Notes: a model not told the origin generated them from the sequence alone. A stretch of 64,000 nt of DNA from Chrysomallon squamiferum (GCA_012295275.1 CM022671.1:32178001-32242000); one strand, 5' to 3'; counted from the first letter of the stretch, positions 27,154-42,400 are shown. Translations and numbers: made by a program.

Positions 27154-30100
27154 AATAATAATAGACATGGCACCCAAATTATATCTTTGCATCTCACTTC
27201 ATTGTCTTGAAAATATTTTTGAACAATGAAGACAATCTTTTTATTTTTTATTTTTTCTATCTCTGTTTATGTTATAATTTTTTTTACTTTCTTTCTATTC
27301 TTTTTCTGATGTGAACATAAGATGCACACAGTCTTCATACAAAACATTCTTGTTGAGTCATGCATCATGTGGGTTTTTTATAAAGTCAGCTTTTGTTTAT
27401 GGAATGATTATTAATGGGCTACTTAGATTCTGTTGCATTTAATGATTTCTACATTAAAGTGAATGGTTTTATTTGATTTTCTCTTCTTTAAAACCATTTT
27501 TATGTCTTTATTATTTATACAAAAAAAATTTGATTTTTTATTAAAGAAAAAAAAATAATTTGTTTTTTATTTATCAAAACTAAAAGTGAAACTATATATT
27601 TATCTGTGTGCGTGTAATTTTTTATTATTTCCATTGTAATATTATATGAAAGGAAAGTATCATTTTAACAAAACAAAAACATAAAACAGTGAAACCAAAC
27701 TCTTGAAACATTTTAGGGTAATAAAATTTAAATTGGTGAAGGGGAATTTTTTAAAATTTATTATTGTATTTTCAGTTTCAAGAAATATATTTGCTACAGA
27801 CATATAATCAAAACTTTATCATTCTTTTTATAACCAGCATTTTTAAAATTTAGTTAAAAATAATTTAATCTGGGAATAGCAGCAACTCTCCTGGAATGAG
27901 GCAAAATCACAGGGCTAAATAAAGAGGTCAGATTGATACAGGTTTGGCCTAATTGTATTTAATTGCATAATTAACAGCTCAGTGATTTTTCAGTTTAGCT
28001 TAATGCCACAGGGAAGGGATCAATTTAAAGGAATTAGTACACTGTCACTTCTCAGTTACCCAACACTACATGTATTAGGTTTATGATTAGACAGGCTGAT
28101 AAACCGTTGAATTTCAGAGGTCAGCTGCTGTTATATTCCACACCAAGCTTCATTACCCTAATGCCTGCTGCAATCTTTGGTAACAAATCCCCTTTACAAA
28201 TTGTCATCTTGTTTCACAACATTAGGCAATGATAACCACATGTTTTCAGCTTCTGTTGCACACCTCATTTAGTCTGGTTTAGTGATGTAAGGGCCAGAGG
28301 TATGACGTAATAGTTCAGTTGTATATCTCTGTGGAATGGTATAATTTAGTAGAAGCAAATTGCTGTGGTCGGTTATTTTTGGATATTGATTTGTGAAATT
28401 GTTTTCAAAATGTCTCTGGTGGCATTAGAATGACTTTTAGACTGCAAGAACAGATAATTCAGGTCATGGAAAGTATTTGAATTTTTTTTCTCCTTCTCCT
28501 TGAAGAACATTATTGTTAGAAAATTTCAATGATGTTGTTTACATTATTTTTTAAAATGAAAATGATGTAGGTAATAATGGCAGTTTCTATAGACATGTAT
28601 ATCAGCATGAGAATACACTTTAATTTTTAATTTAATATACATTTCTTTGGGTTTCTTATTTATATAGTAAATGATAATGTACAAATAACATTTTTATTTG
28701 TTTTTTTGACAGCTGAATTTTTTTTAAATTTTTTTATTTATTTATATGTAAAGCAAAAAGGTTTCTGATGGTCATTTTATTGGATTCATTCTCAAGTATC
28801 AAAAATTCAAACTGTCAGTACAGGTCTGATTTTTGTTAGGCAATCAAGAAAGAAAATCAGCAGTTTGAAGTTTTCTCACAGTTACTGGTTTGCAGTATGC
28901 TAACAGTTAATTTACATTGTCTAGTGAAGGTGCAAAATTTCAATTTATATGGTCTCACAAAGGTGCAAACTTTCTGTACTTGGTATTATATGGTGCGTCT
29001 TTTAACAGTTAATTCCTAAATGCAGCCGTATCACAGCATGAATTCCTTCTCTAATTTAATTTAAGCAGCATCATGGTGTAATGAACCGTCTGACCTTTGT
29101 CATTACATACATACATTGCTGGCCATATAACATTTAGTAACCCATGAAATAATATCACAAACTACATATTGCTTTTTATGATATAACATGTAAAATATCA
29201 GGAAGTTTGACAAGACATTACTCAACTTTGTTGGCAAGAGTTACTGCACTAGTGAAAATATTAGCAGTTAAAGTGTCCACTGAACTTGTAGACTCGTGTA
29301 TAAATACCAATCTTTGCCTGGGGACTGGAATTTTGCTGGTCACAAGGTCATGTCACTAGTGTTAACTTTTAACACCTCTCCCTGCCTTTGATGTGACTGC
29401 TATTGGTGAGACATTATTTATTGCTGCCCTCTGAATTAGTCTGTGTATTTTAAAATGTTCTTTTTGGACAGTTATTTCCAAAGTAAATCATGGAAATTAG
29501 GGCTTGATTTTTATTTGACACATTTTATTTTATTTTTCATTTTTTATTTCATATTTTTTTTTTTTTTTTGCTGTTCAGAATGGCCTTTTGGCAATGTTAC
29601 AAGCAGACAGAAGATTAAAACAGTGGTATTTTAAAGTGAAAAAACAAAAATTAAAGAAAAATATTGAAAATATTTCAGTACATTTTAATAGATTATTAAA
29701 TAGATACTAAGCATATGGTTTTTGTATGATGATGTCCTAAAGATGGCACTTGCATAAATTTAAAAATAAAAATGTAAATAATTTTTTATTATTATTATTT
29801 CATTGTGTGTGTGTGTGTGTGTGTGTGTGATGTATTTTTATTTTTATTTTTATTTTTATTATTATTATTTTTTTTTTTGTTGTTGTTTAAATTATAAAAA
29901 AATATATATTACATTACATGTTATTAAAATAAGTGATATTTCACAAATGCCAGTTTCAGACACAGAACAATTCATCATCGAAAAAAAAAAAAAATCAAAT
30001 AGTTCTTGACAAAAAATTCAGTGGACTTCTGACATTTAGTGAAATTTTCACTTATTTAAAATGTAATTCATCAGCATGAGGCAATGAATTAAAGGAAATT

Positions 30101-31541
30101 GGGTTGGCAAAGTGCATTCATTAATTATTTTTCATCTTCTCTGTGTCTCTCTCTCTCACTCTTGTCTGTCTTACAAACTCTGCCACTGACCAACATCCAT
30201 GGAGACATGGAGCGAACATGTCTTAGTGAGGAACACCAACATCTGACAGGACAATTTCAAACAGTTCCGAGCAAACACCAATCACATTAAAGGAAATTGC
30301 TCCACTCTCGGGGAAACTCGCAGCTCTTCAACAAACTCATTGCAGACGTAATTGGCATTTGGTCGAGAATAGAAGTGATGTGCCTCTGCTACAAGGGGTT
30401 GCCATGACAAAGGCAGGAAGTGTTGGAGAATGCTCTGTTGATTGGTCCTTATTTTAGCCAGGCATGACCGAGGGATCATTACAAAGACCTACGGGGAGTG
30501 CGTGAATATCAGGCTCAACCAGCCGATAATTTGCTGAACATGATCCCAGGCTGTCTGCCTGATTGTCTGATCATTAAGAATGGTTTGCTGAAGAAAGAAC
30601 TGATATTACTGCAGGGCAGCATTTTAAATTAGCAAATGCTGACTGCTGACTGTTTTCTGTCTGGTCTCTTTAAGACTGTCACGTAGAACATGTCTTGATG
30701 AAACAATACTAGGTTGTAATAATTGTTTCTGATGAGAATTATTTTACATTATAAATCTGAAGTAATTCAAAGAAATATTTCATAACTGCGGACTGTTGTT
30801 TCTTGGAAGGAAATTACTTGGATTTAATTTCTCTGTATGAGCTTTTGTAAAGAAATGTCTAGACAGTCTCCGGATTTTGGATATTGATGTAGGAATTAAT
30901 TTGATTGTTTGTTTGGTTTTGTTAAATTGTTATTATTATTATTTTTATTATTATAAAAATAATAATAATAATAATATTTCATATTTTTTTATATTCATTT
31001 CCTGAATGAAAAACTGGATATAACCTTTAATTCCTTTTGTTTATTTAAATAACTTTTTTTTTTTTCCTCAAGTAAAATCATACATTTGTTTCTTCTTCTT
31101 CTTCTTCTTGCTCAAAGGAAAACTCTCAGAGATTTGTTCAGTCTTTTCTGAGTTTTCAGAACATAAATTAGGGTTTTCTATTCCAGGAAATGTCAGCAAT
31201 TTATTATGTGTGTGACCTAATGCCTTGTTGACAATAGCTTTGAGCTTTCAGTAGGAAATGTATATATTTAAAGAGTACAGACAATGATCTTTATGTGCAT
31301 CTGTGCATGGCAGAGTGCACAGCAACTGCAACAGATAGATGTGATAAATGAATATCTTTTGTTTCTCGGAACACTGGATACATTATAAATAAGTATCCCA
31401 TGACATTTTAACATTAACAGTTGTTAGGTGTCAGACATATATTTTATGTATAATGATATGAAAGACAAAACTTGCCGATAACATTTCTTTTGTCTGTTCT
31501 TCCAGTTTAGTAAAAGAATTTTGTTTTGTTTTTTGTTAATA

Positions 31542-31574
<33 letters not shown>

Positions 31575-33879
31575 ATCATGTAAAATACAACAAAAAGTCT
31601 TTGATAAATTATATATGGGATAGTAGTTGCAAAGGGATATTGTCCTCTAGGTGCACTAAGGAAGGAATTGAGAAATGTTGTATTTTAAAAAATGCTTTTA
31701 ATTTCCATTATGTGGCATCACACACATGGTTAAAGACCATACATTTATGCTATGATTATCATACATGGATAGAGCACTATCCAGTGAACCCTTTCATTAA
31801 ATAAAACCAACAACTGTTAGTATCAATGTCAAAAAGTAAACACACCAGAGAAAAACTTATGGAAAACAGGAGCTTCTGAATGACTTGTTTGTTTTGCTAC
31901 TTTCAGTCACACTGGTGCAGTCAGTGGTGTAAGGTGTGCATGTGCAGTTAGTTTATTTTCTCACATGTTGAAATGCTCTGTTCAGCAGATGCCCATGTTT
32001 GTTTGGCTTGTTGATTATATTACTCACATCAGACAAGTGTTCAGTTATTCAGGAAAGATGCTTGGTTATAATGGCTGGCATACAGGTCATCTGGTTCTTG
32101 GAACTACTGGCACACAAGAACAAAGAATTGTTTTTATGAAGAAGGCTATACATTTTAAGAATATTTATATCTTAATTCAGTGATTAACTTATTTTAAGAC
32201 ACCCAGAGACACATACAAATACAGAAATGAATGAATGCATAAATAAATTGCATGCTTTATGCAACTGTATGGTTGCCTTCAAAGCTCCCAGTTGTAGTCC
32301 AAATAATAAGGATTAATATTTTGCCTGAAGTATTTCTGACAGTAGTTAATTCACAATTCCGAGAGAGCTTCACTTATAATATATAGCCTAAAACCATAGT
32401 TAATGCTGTAAGACTGATAACAAATTGCTTATAACCTACTTTTGTGATGTAGGTTTCATTTCTGATTCAACATTACAACCAGTGAATGAATGTGCTGAGA
32501 TCAGCTGAGTATATTACTTATGCATTCAGGTTAACAAATGTCATAAATATGATCATACAACCTAAGGGTTGTAGTTTCAAAAATTTACAAGGATCAAAAA
32601 TAATGCATTATGTTCCCATTCCAAGCAGAGTCCCATGACTGCTTTGTGAAAAACACTGGTTTAGGTTTTCCTGTTTATAAGAAGGTGTTTATAAAAAGAT
32701 CCATGCTGCTAATTGTAAACTGTCCATTGCATTGTGGTAGGAGGTTTCCTGGCTGATTTCACCATTATATAACAACCCTGTGTTTGAAAACTAATAGCAG
32801 TTAATAATATAATGCGTTGACATTAAGTTAAACAAATATTCATTGATTTAAAAAACCACACTTAATAAATCATAAGTGACAAGACATTATAAAAACTCTG
32901 TGGTTAGTAATCTATTTGGTTATATATCAGTGTTTGGTTCACCGTTCCTGGTATCTTACACCCAGTTATCTCTAACATCTCTGCTATGTTTGACATTTAC
33001 TGAGTTAATTGTACACACTATCCTGTTATATATTCTGTTACTCAATTACCGAGTGCTGTTACTTAAGTTATCTTCCCTGACAGGAATGTCGTTTTAACTA
33101 ATAGCTGGTGTACCTTTGTTTGACATGCTATATCTTTACAGTTCTGTTTCGTTTTTATTCCTTTCCTCTTATTTAAAATTTTTTTCTTTTTTTTTTCTTA
33201 ATGTTCTAACAAAACACATTTGCTATATAATTTAAATTTGCATTTGAGAAATATGATGAGGGAATGTTTTTTTTTATGTTTTAGACTATCATTTCAAATA
33301 TTTGAATATTTTCTTTATATTTATTCCATTTTTTTTCTTTAAAATTTTTTTCTTCAGATATTTATCCAGAGTTAATAAAATGTATATAGCTATCTAATCT
33401 ATCTGTCTAATCTATCCATCTAATCTAGTGATTTAATCTACCTATTTATCTGTGTCAATCTGACCATAACTCTCTCTATTTTTAATTTCTGTCTTGCTTC
33501 CTTTTCTTTCCCCAACCCCATACCTTTTTTTAGGTGGTTTTTTTTTGTTCTTTTTTTTCTGATATAAACCGAGACAGGAGTAACTTCTGGTGTACACTCA
33601 CACAGCCAGTGTCAACAGTAGCCAGGCTGCATAGAGTTGTCTGGCCCGACCTTCATCCTTGAACAATTACAATTCAAAATGGTTGACACAGCCTGGAGTG
33701 GTCCCCATTATCACTGCGTGTGAAGGACTACAACAAACACGCTGTCACACCAATTGCAAGCTGATAGCTCTGCCATTGAGATCAATCAATACGCACAGAG
33801 GTCAAAACTTCCCAGCATGCATTAGCCTGTTTACACTGATTCGTTAATATTAATAAGCTTTGTCTCTTTTCTCTTGCAG
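27085..33879 (+). other. Intron, 6795 nt, GT-AG, phase 0
   Basis: GTAAGT...ttgcAG joins the two microexons in frame. Confidence 0.85.
29804..29829. repeat. (TG)n microsatellite
   Basis: Direct reading. Confidence 0.95.
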
Positions 33880-33912
33880 CCGGAATGTGACAGTGCCACG
33901 GATGATGATAAG
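33880..33912 (+). CDS. AUTS2: 33-nt coding microexon (equivalent of AUTS2 exon 5): PECDSATDDDK
   Basis: Strong acceptor ctttgtctcttttctcttgcAG and donor AAG|GTAGGT. 11 codons, phase 0/0. CDS..DDDK matches recalled AUTS2 CDSDSDQEEK and FBRSL1 CDSESGPDDK. Confidence 0.9.
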
Positions 33913-34914
33913 GTAGGTGTTGTTTTTTTATTTTCTTTCCTTCTTTCTTCTGTTTGCTAACACATTATGACATCATGTACACGTCTTCCTAATATCCTGA
34001 GGGTATCATCGCCTGCCATGAATTAAGATAAGATGGCAGTGAGGCAGCATCACTGTGCTTGTTTGTGATAGACACAGGAGTGTGTTTCATTGACCAAGTA
34101 ACCAGATGTCCATGGTGATTCATCAGCCATTCTCCATGGATCAGTGCAGTGTAATTCTCACAGAATGTAGTTGTATTTTTTTTCAGTGTCTTGATTATTT
34201 AGAGCAGCATAGCAGACACCGATCATATAGCTTCATCACCTTTTGACCTTACATAGAAATTGTATCGTCTCTTCTTGATTTAAACAATATATATATATAT
34301 TTTTTTATTTATCCTCTTTTCATATTTCTTTGTTGTCATACTTAACTGGCTTTAAGTTAATCAGTTGCTGGAAATATAATTGCTTTCTTTTCTCAGCTGT
34401 TTGTTAAGCATTGTTTACACATACCCCAGTACCTGCCTGTAACTGTGAATTGTATGAATTCAAGTAGTGATGATAGATATGTATGTCTGCAGCGTGGATT
34501 AATATTTTAAAAATACATTTAAACTTACTGTCAAGGGCTAAAATGTTCAGACTGATCATCTGGTTGTTGTTGTTTTTTTTTTTTTTTTCACCTCCATTTA
34601 AGGAACAGGACATCAAAAGAACTAGGATTTTAGCAGTGTGGAGCAGTGTCATTGTGTTTAGTGAGTCTATGTAGGCTTTGTGTTTCCAATCTTAAAGGGC
34701 CCCTACCTGCCGTGTGTAATCAAGTGATCCATATGGCGTGTACAGATCTATACACAGCAATGATTTCAAATGGCAGTACATTTGTTGTATGCTTGTTGTT
34801 ATAAATTAATAATGCTGCTCAAAGGTTTCAGTTGATGATAATTTCGTTTGTTCTGTTTTTTGGTTTTGCAGTAATTATTTATATATTTTTTTTTTTTTTT
34901 CTATTTTAATTTAA

Positions 34915-34946
<32 letters not shown>

Positions 34947-36404
34947 TATAATTATTTTATGACTTCACTGAAACTTTTTTGTTCTTGCACAAGTCCAAAA
35001 TATTGTAGTTTGTTGTTGCTATTAATAATAACCAAAATTATAAATATTTATTATTATTATTATTATTATTTGTTGTTGTTGTGAAATTACAAGAGTATAT
35101 AATTATTGTTGTTCACATTTTTGTGTACACTCCTTAAATACTATTCAATAACAATAGGTAGAAAGTAGATTTGCAGCTTCACAGTTTTACAACTGAAAAA
35201 AGCCTCTGTTACCAGAGATACTGATATATATAAATCTGATATTTCCTGGTAACCATGAGGATCAAACTATTTAATCTTGGGAAGTCTGTATACATATTTT
35301 TTTTAATTTTTAGTTTATTAAAAGATCTTGTGAGTGTCTGATGGCAAGTTATATCACTGTAAGTTATACAAATGTCTGTGTTGGAATGTGTTGAAATATT
35401 TTTAATCAGATGTTTATCACTAAAACTTTTATTGTAAAAGAAGTATGCTGTTGGTGAACTATTTTTTGATAATTATTTATTAATCAAGCATTTAAAGTCT
35501 AGTAGTCTGAACAAATGCCCTAAACACAGTTTGTTTACTCAGTGTAACCTTTGTTAACAATAAAGCATGATGTTGTTATAAACAAGATATATCCAGCTAT
35601 ATTCCTTTATCATGTCATGTAACTAAATCATTTGTATTGATAAATTAATAGATAAATTGATGCATGAGGTAATTATGCCACTTCTAATCATCACAGTCAC
35701 TTGTTGTTGTTGTTGTTGTTACTTGTTTATCAGTGATATAGCTATAAATGAAAATATTACTTTATTATTAGCAAAGGACAGAAACATACGAATAAAACTA
35801 GTCACTAGGATAGATTGTTTTAACTTTCCATTCCCACAATTGCTAGAATATTTTAAATACCTCAGGACATGTAAAGAAAAGATTAGTTTAGACACGTTTG
35901 TCTTTTTCTTTCATACTTTTTAAGAAAGTATTGTAGAACAGTAAATAATCCTAGATACGTATCTGTTGAGAATGATACTGCACAAAAGAAATATTAACTG
36001 AAAAAAAAAGACAGAAAAACATTCATTTTTCATTTTTTTTTCATTTTCTTTTTTTATCTTTTTTTTATTATATGACAGGCCTCTCTGGAATTGGATTTCT
36101 ATCTGACAATAATTTACATTTTCCTCTTGATTTTTTTTCATTTTTTTTTTTTTTCCATTCCAAGTTTTTGCTTGAGGTGTTATTAAATCTTCAACACAAA
36201 TCATTATATATTTATCAGCAGGGATGTTTTATTTTGGTGATTAATTATGAGGTGGAATTCAGGATGAGGATTGATTTTAAACACTTTTTTTTTTTTGAGT
36301 AAACATTTTTTCATTTAATTTCGTAAATTTTTATTTCATGTTATTTTTTTTTAATTATTTATATTATTCTTAAAAAATATGTTTTGTTGAAGTTTAATGT
36401 ATGA

Positions 36405-36426
36405 TTATTTTACCTGTCAGGTGAGT
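36405..36426 (+). other. Candidate recursive splice site (abutting 3'ss and 5'ss)
   Basis: ttattttacctgtCAG|GTGAGT, junction 36420/36421. Confidence 0.4.
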
Positions 36427-39400
36427 TTATGTTGACCTGTTAATCTTGTCTAAGTGTCAAGTGTCTGGCTTGTATTTTATCTCTGTGGCAGCTGTATCTA
36501 TATTACACCCTTGTTGTCGCATGCTGTGTAACCCACACCACATCTACAACATTTATTATGCATTTTTTTGTCATTAGGCAATTTGATCCTTGTTGATAAA
36601 CAGGCTTATGCAGTATATTCATTTTGCTCCTCATGTTACACAAAGCAAAAGATATTTAAGTGTTTAATACCATCTCTGTTTTTTTTATAAACAGAAAAAC
36701 AAAAAATGTGTATACCTTTTTTTTTACATCTTTCGTTTTATCACTTACTGGCATGTATGCATGTCTCTAGGGTTAAAATGATTTTTCTTTTGACTTGGAA
36801 ATCTACTCAAGGAGCCAGATATTGCACACTGTTAATCACGATAACACAATGTAATTTTCCAAGAGGCATTTTATATCTCCTTGTAAATTTTATGGGGTCT
36901 ATTACTACCAAGTTCTAAGAGTGCATTAATGCAGATAGATAGCCCAATATGCAAAGGGCGTTTGCAATCACCATAAGTCTATTTTTAACTGTCAGGAGGG
37001 CACCTGTTTTTAACCCAGGTAGACCCATGCTGTGTTTTCAAGTGTTTAGCAAGACATAAGTTTTTAAAACACCAATTTAACTTGACATTTGTTGCATGGT
37101 AATAAGAAAATGGCATGTTTGTTGCATGCGTAACACTGACATATTCATTTTTTAAATTTGTTTTTATGTTGTTATTTATTTATATTTTTTTACTCAGCAC
37201 ATTACAACTAATGTAATTGATGTAATTGAAGGAGGTTTCTAAATTTTAAAAATTCAGATTTTGATTTATTTATTTAACAAAATATTTGTTCATGATTACC
37301 ATCACAAAAATCTCTTATTTCAGCTCCCAAAACTGTTACATAGTACTTCCTTTTTTTCGTCTTTTTCCAACAACCACAATAACTATTACTGCTATTACTA
37401 CTGTTAATAACACTGCTTCTGTTGCTGTTTCTAGGACTACTGCTGATGTGGTTTTACATCATCAGTTGTAAACAATTTTTTTTATAAACTGGAAGAAAAA
37501 AAGAATGAGAAAAAGAATTGTCCTAATTACTTAATACCACCTTTTTCTGGTAGGATTGGGAAATGGATTAATTGCTACTGCTTGCACTAATACCATGCAT
37601 CTACACAACCTGAAGGGGTTTACTTTGAGTTCTTTTCAACCCTATTCCAGTGATTTCATGGGCTCAGTCATCCCTTTGAACTGCAGCGTGAAGAAGTCAT
37701 TTGTTAATAACAAAGGGCTATTGCGCCTCAAACCAAAGGACTAGGTGATTGCGCTCAATTGCATTTCAAGATCTCCAGTCATTCTCACTTGATAAGTACA
37801 AACTGCCAGGCCAGAGGAGGATGATAGGAAAATATTTATAGAGTTTGCTTTCAAGTGGCTGCAATTTATGCAGATGGCTTTCTCTTAGGGTTCAAAAGAA
37901 GCTGTTGTGTCTGAATCAGCTGAGACTAAATTTGATGGATATTTACAATTTGATGACAGGCTACATTGGCTTTTTTTTTTTTAATTTCTTTTTTTATTCC
38001 GTACGCCTGGCAGAGGTTTGAGTATTAGTAGAAGAGAGAAACTGAGTCATAAACAGCCCAATAGAACTGTCAAATTTATGTGTCACTTCTTTTTATTCTC
38101 ATTAACCTGCATCACTTGATCAGAGGTCTGGGAATTCATGGACACTGCATCCATTTCATTCTTGTTAGAAGAGCTCCAACAGGGAGTACTGAATGTCCTC
38201 TGGTGGCCAATATGAAATTCATGACCTCGGCTTTTCTTCGTTGTAGGTTTTTAGGATATTCATAAGTTTAGTGCTCCCACTGGAGCGATCATTCCAGATC
38301 ACTCATGCAATGGACGGCAGAGCTGATTTAAGCACCAAGAGCATGTTTGCATGAAAATCACATTATTTGCTGGGAAATTGAGATCTAATTCGGTATCTCG
38401 CACATTATGTCTCCAATCAGTATAGAGAATCCCCATCAAAGGAAGAAAAAAAGGATTTCCAATAAATTTGATTTTCTTCCTTTTGGAATTTCCCTTGAGG
38501 TCTATAATTGAGCAGCAAGTACACTTGTTATTAGTTTCCTTTTTTTTTTTTTTTTTTTTTTTTGTCTCTTCTTTCTTTGTTTTTAATTCTTTTTTTTATT
38601 ATTTTTTTTTTTTTTCTTTTATTTCTAATATTTTCTTCATTTTTTTTTTTTTACAATTATTTCCTTCTTAAGTTTTTTTATTTTATTTTTGTTTTATATA
38701 TATAAAAACAACAGCATAGAAACTTGCCTCTTTGAATTAATTATAATTGGAATATCACAGATACTTACATTCAAGTTAGCTAAAAAAAGGACTTTAATAT
38801 GAAATACATTTCTAATACATTAGTAGTGTGTGAAACCTCATTTTTACTACAGCACTTTATTATTTTTGTTTGTTTTAAATGATTTTTAAAATATCTGAAC
38901 TATTGCACAGTTTATGTCCCTATTACAAGATGATAAAGGAAATAAGAAAAGAATGAAAGAAAGAAAGAATGAAATGAACAAACTGAACCTTTGTAAAGCA
39001 CACAAGATTTACACACTAAATTAACCTTATTTTACTGTTTATTTATATAAGTACTTTTGAATAATATTAACCAAATTGTGCTGGATAAATAACAAAACTG
39101 GATTACTTATAAACAGATTAGTAATGGTCAACCTGCATTAAGGAAGTAGGTTAATTTCCTATACTGACTAGTTCAGAAATCTTGTTTTCCTGTTGAATTT
39201 GGCTGCATGACTTGTCCTTTTAGATTAGCTTATTTTCATGTTCCACAATGTTCAAAAATAAATTTTGTCAGACCCCACTGGAAAGGAGTAAATGGGTACT
39301 ATGCACTTATGTTCTTCACTTAAAAACATACAAAATATTTTTTGATTTTTATCTGCTAACCGATTAATGTAAAATTTATTGCTTTGCATGTGTAAGATAG

Positions 39401-42400
39401 GTGTGGACTATACATGTTTTTCTTTTTTTTTTTTTTTTTCTGAAGCCTATAGAAAAGACTGAATGCTGTCATACGTAATTATGTCTGTTCAATTAATCCT
39501 GCATTTTATCTTCTTTCAAATGACGACTGAGTGTGCAAACAGGAGTCACTGAGCTGTATGATCTGACTAAATAACACAATGATCTGTGTAATCTTATTCA
39601 CAGAGTTATAAAAAAAAAAAAAAAAATAATAATCTTTTCAGTTCAATTCATAAATGTGTTAATGGCAGTCCTGCCCTGTGCAAATACATACAACTGCACA
39701 CTTGTATCCATTCATTTGGGTATTGTAAGATACATTTACTTACAGACAGACAGAGAGATATAGATACATACACCTGGTTATTAAATGCCTGTAATTTGAG
39801 AAAAATAAGAAAAACTCTGACCTGATGTATCCTTTTGTATATCATGGCCAATCCTATGTTGAAATTAAGAGACCTGAAAAATAAATAAGTTGTTTCTTTC
39901 TTTGAAGGAATTGAACAGAGCGTTTTGGTTAATCTTGCCACCGCTTTTCATCTTAGAGTTAGATAGTAGGTGTAACAGTGTTTGTAGTTTCTTGTTGGTA
40001 ATCACTCTGCACTTGGTAAGTGTTTTCAGCATGGTGGGTTGTGACTGTCCTTTACAGGTTTATTCTTGTCAGTCTCTGCCCTTTCATATTCTGAAGAATA
40101 ATTTATATTTCTGACTTTACACAGGTTCAGTCTTTGATGAGGTGTTTTATTGCTGTGACTTTGCTGACACTTTTTAAGACAGAAAATTATTAAATATTCA
40201 TAAAGAGCAAAAAGAAAAGGAATGAAGTCTGTTAAATTAAAATTGTGACTGATACAGATGAACTGACAAAAGGGTTTAAACGTGTGTTTTTGTAGAGAGA
40301 AAGAGAAAGACAGAGAGGGAGAAGACAAGGGATGGAAAGACAGGTGAAGGAGGGTTAGAGCGAGAAAGAAAGAAAGAGAATAAATATGAGACATGGAGAC
40401 AAAGAATCCTAAAACATTTCTGTTATATTACCTTGAAAATTCTTTGACATTGTCAGGTTTTCTTATTTACAGCCTATAAATGATGACAATTTAGCAGTCA
40501 ATGGCTACCTGTGGATTTTATAATAGAATTGCTCAGTGAAAAACTGTTTAAATATTGACATACACTTGATGCAGACTTTTGAAAACAGAAAGTATTTAAT
40601 AGAGCTGTTGTATTGATTTGTTGCTATGGTGCAAAAATAACATTAAAAAAGATATTTGAGACATTCACAAATACCTTTGAAACGTAATCTTTTGACAGGG
40701 TAGAGTTTGTATTGTGTAATTGTTGCAGATAAATATTCTGGGAAAAAGATCAAATGAGAGATGTGTTTGTGTGAATGAGATTATGTAAGTAAGGCTGTGT
40801 GTGTAATAAAGGTAATGTTCTGTCACAACATATCATTGAAATAATTTTCATACTTATCACCTTCCACCTCATCTGTTTCTTGGAAGTGTGACAACACTTT
40901 CCAGTTTATTGTATTGATCTCTTGATAGGTTTACAGTCGACCTAACACCTTTGTAATCAGTAATCTGACAATGTCATCAGGTAAACGTGTGCTTTTAATC
41001 GGCACACCTGTGTTTTGTCTGTTGGATGCCAAACCACTAACGACGGTACACCCCGTAATACCTGAACTAAGTCTCCAAATAGCCAGATAACGCCATGAAA
41101 GGTTTTTGCGAAACATCTGTGTAATTTGTTGAGAGCTCACTACAACCTGCACCATTAGTGATAATCTCGTCTTCAGCTAGCTGTCAGACTCCCTGTTTAC
41201 TCATTATATGTGCATTAAGTTTTTGCCTGCTTATTGGCAGATAACTCCACACAGGTATGGAAACTTGTTAATCTAATAAGATTGTTGAGATTAAAAGTAA
41301 TAACAGTGCTGGTGATAGCCTGAGGCATATGTGCTGTTAATTGCACATTTTCTGCTCTACTTTGTAAATAAATCTTACAGTGTAATTTGGATGCAAGCTG
41401 ATTGTGTTTTTGACTTTTCTCTGTTGTAGACTATGTATTTAAATTTTGATTAGTGTTTTCTTTTTCCTTTGTAGAGTTTCCTATTGTTGTTTGTTTTTTA
41501 TGTTACGTGATATATATTTACCTATATAATTTCAAAGAAATTTTGTAAAATTGGTAGCAGGTTTTTTTTTTTTTGTTTACTTTCATTTAAAAATTATGTT
41601 GTAAACATCATTTAAATAAATCAAAGGAATTGTCTTAAATATTTTTTTCTATATTTACATACAAAATTTAGAGTTTATTTTACATGCAAATATTTTCATC
41701 ATTTTTTTTTTTTTTTTTTTTTTTTTTGTATTTCGTTTCTTTTTGCTATAATTTTGGGAGCATTTTAAATGTAAATTAATCCCACGTTTTAATGAACTTC
41801 TTTGTTTTGCATGAAATAGCTGAAACATTTTATTTTGTGTGGGTGTTCTTAAAAAAAGTATCAATTGAATAAAAAACTGATCTATTTTTTACACCTACCT
41901 TTTCTTTTTCTTAATTAAACAGTGTTAGGAAATATATAAGATTAAGGCTTAATTTTTCTTTAAACTGTTTATATCAACAGCATCAACTAATGTGCATACA
42001 TGGTAATGTAATATTCAAACTAAAATTATGTTAGTGATGAGCTGGTTCTTTTAGGTGATTGTGCCCTATTTGCAACTAAAAATAATTTTCTCTGTCTCTG
42101 TATAATGTAAAAAAAAATCAACTTTTTTCTCTTTGGTTTTTCCCAGTGATCCACAATTGGTTTATCACAGATTGATACTTGCTTTCCCATATATGGGAAG
42201 GTGAATATACTAGACTGCTTGTTGCTCTTTTTTTATGCAACCACTGCTAAGATTTGTATGTTATCAATTTATCACTGCAGAGGCTTTGGCTAAGTTTTGC
42301 TATGGTTTACAGTATTTTGAGGAATACGGATATAAAAATTTAATATAAATTAATGGATTAAAAAAGACGAAGGAAAAAAGTATGTATGTGTGTGTAAAAA

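Noticed and set aside
30113-30290. Long AG-free pyrimidine tract as acceptor for an alternative terminal exon
   Set aside because: The first AG is an unfavourable GAG far from the tract; no other support.
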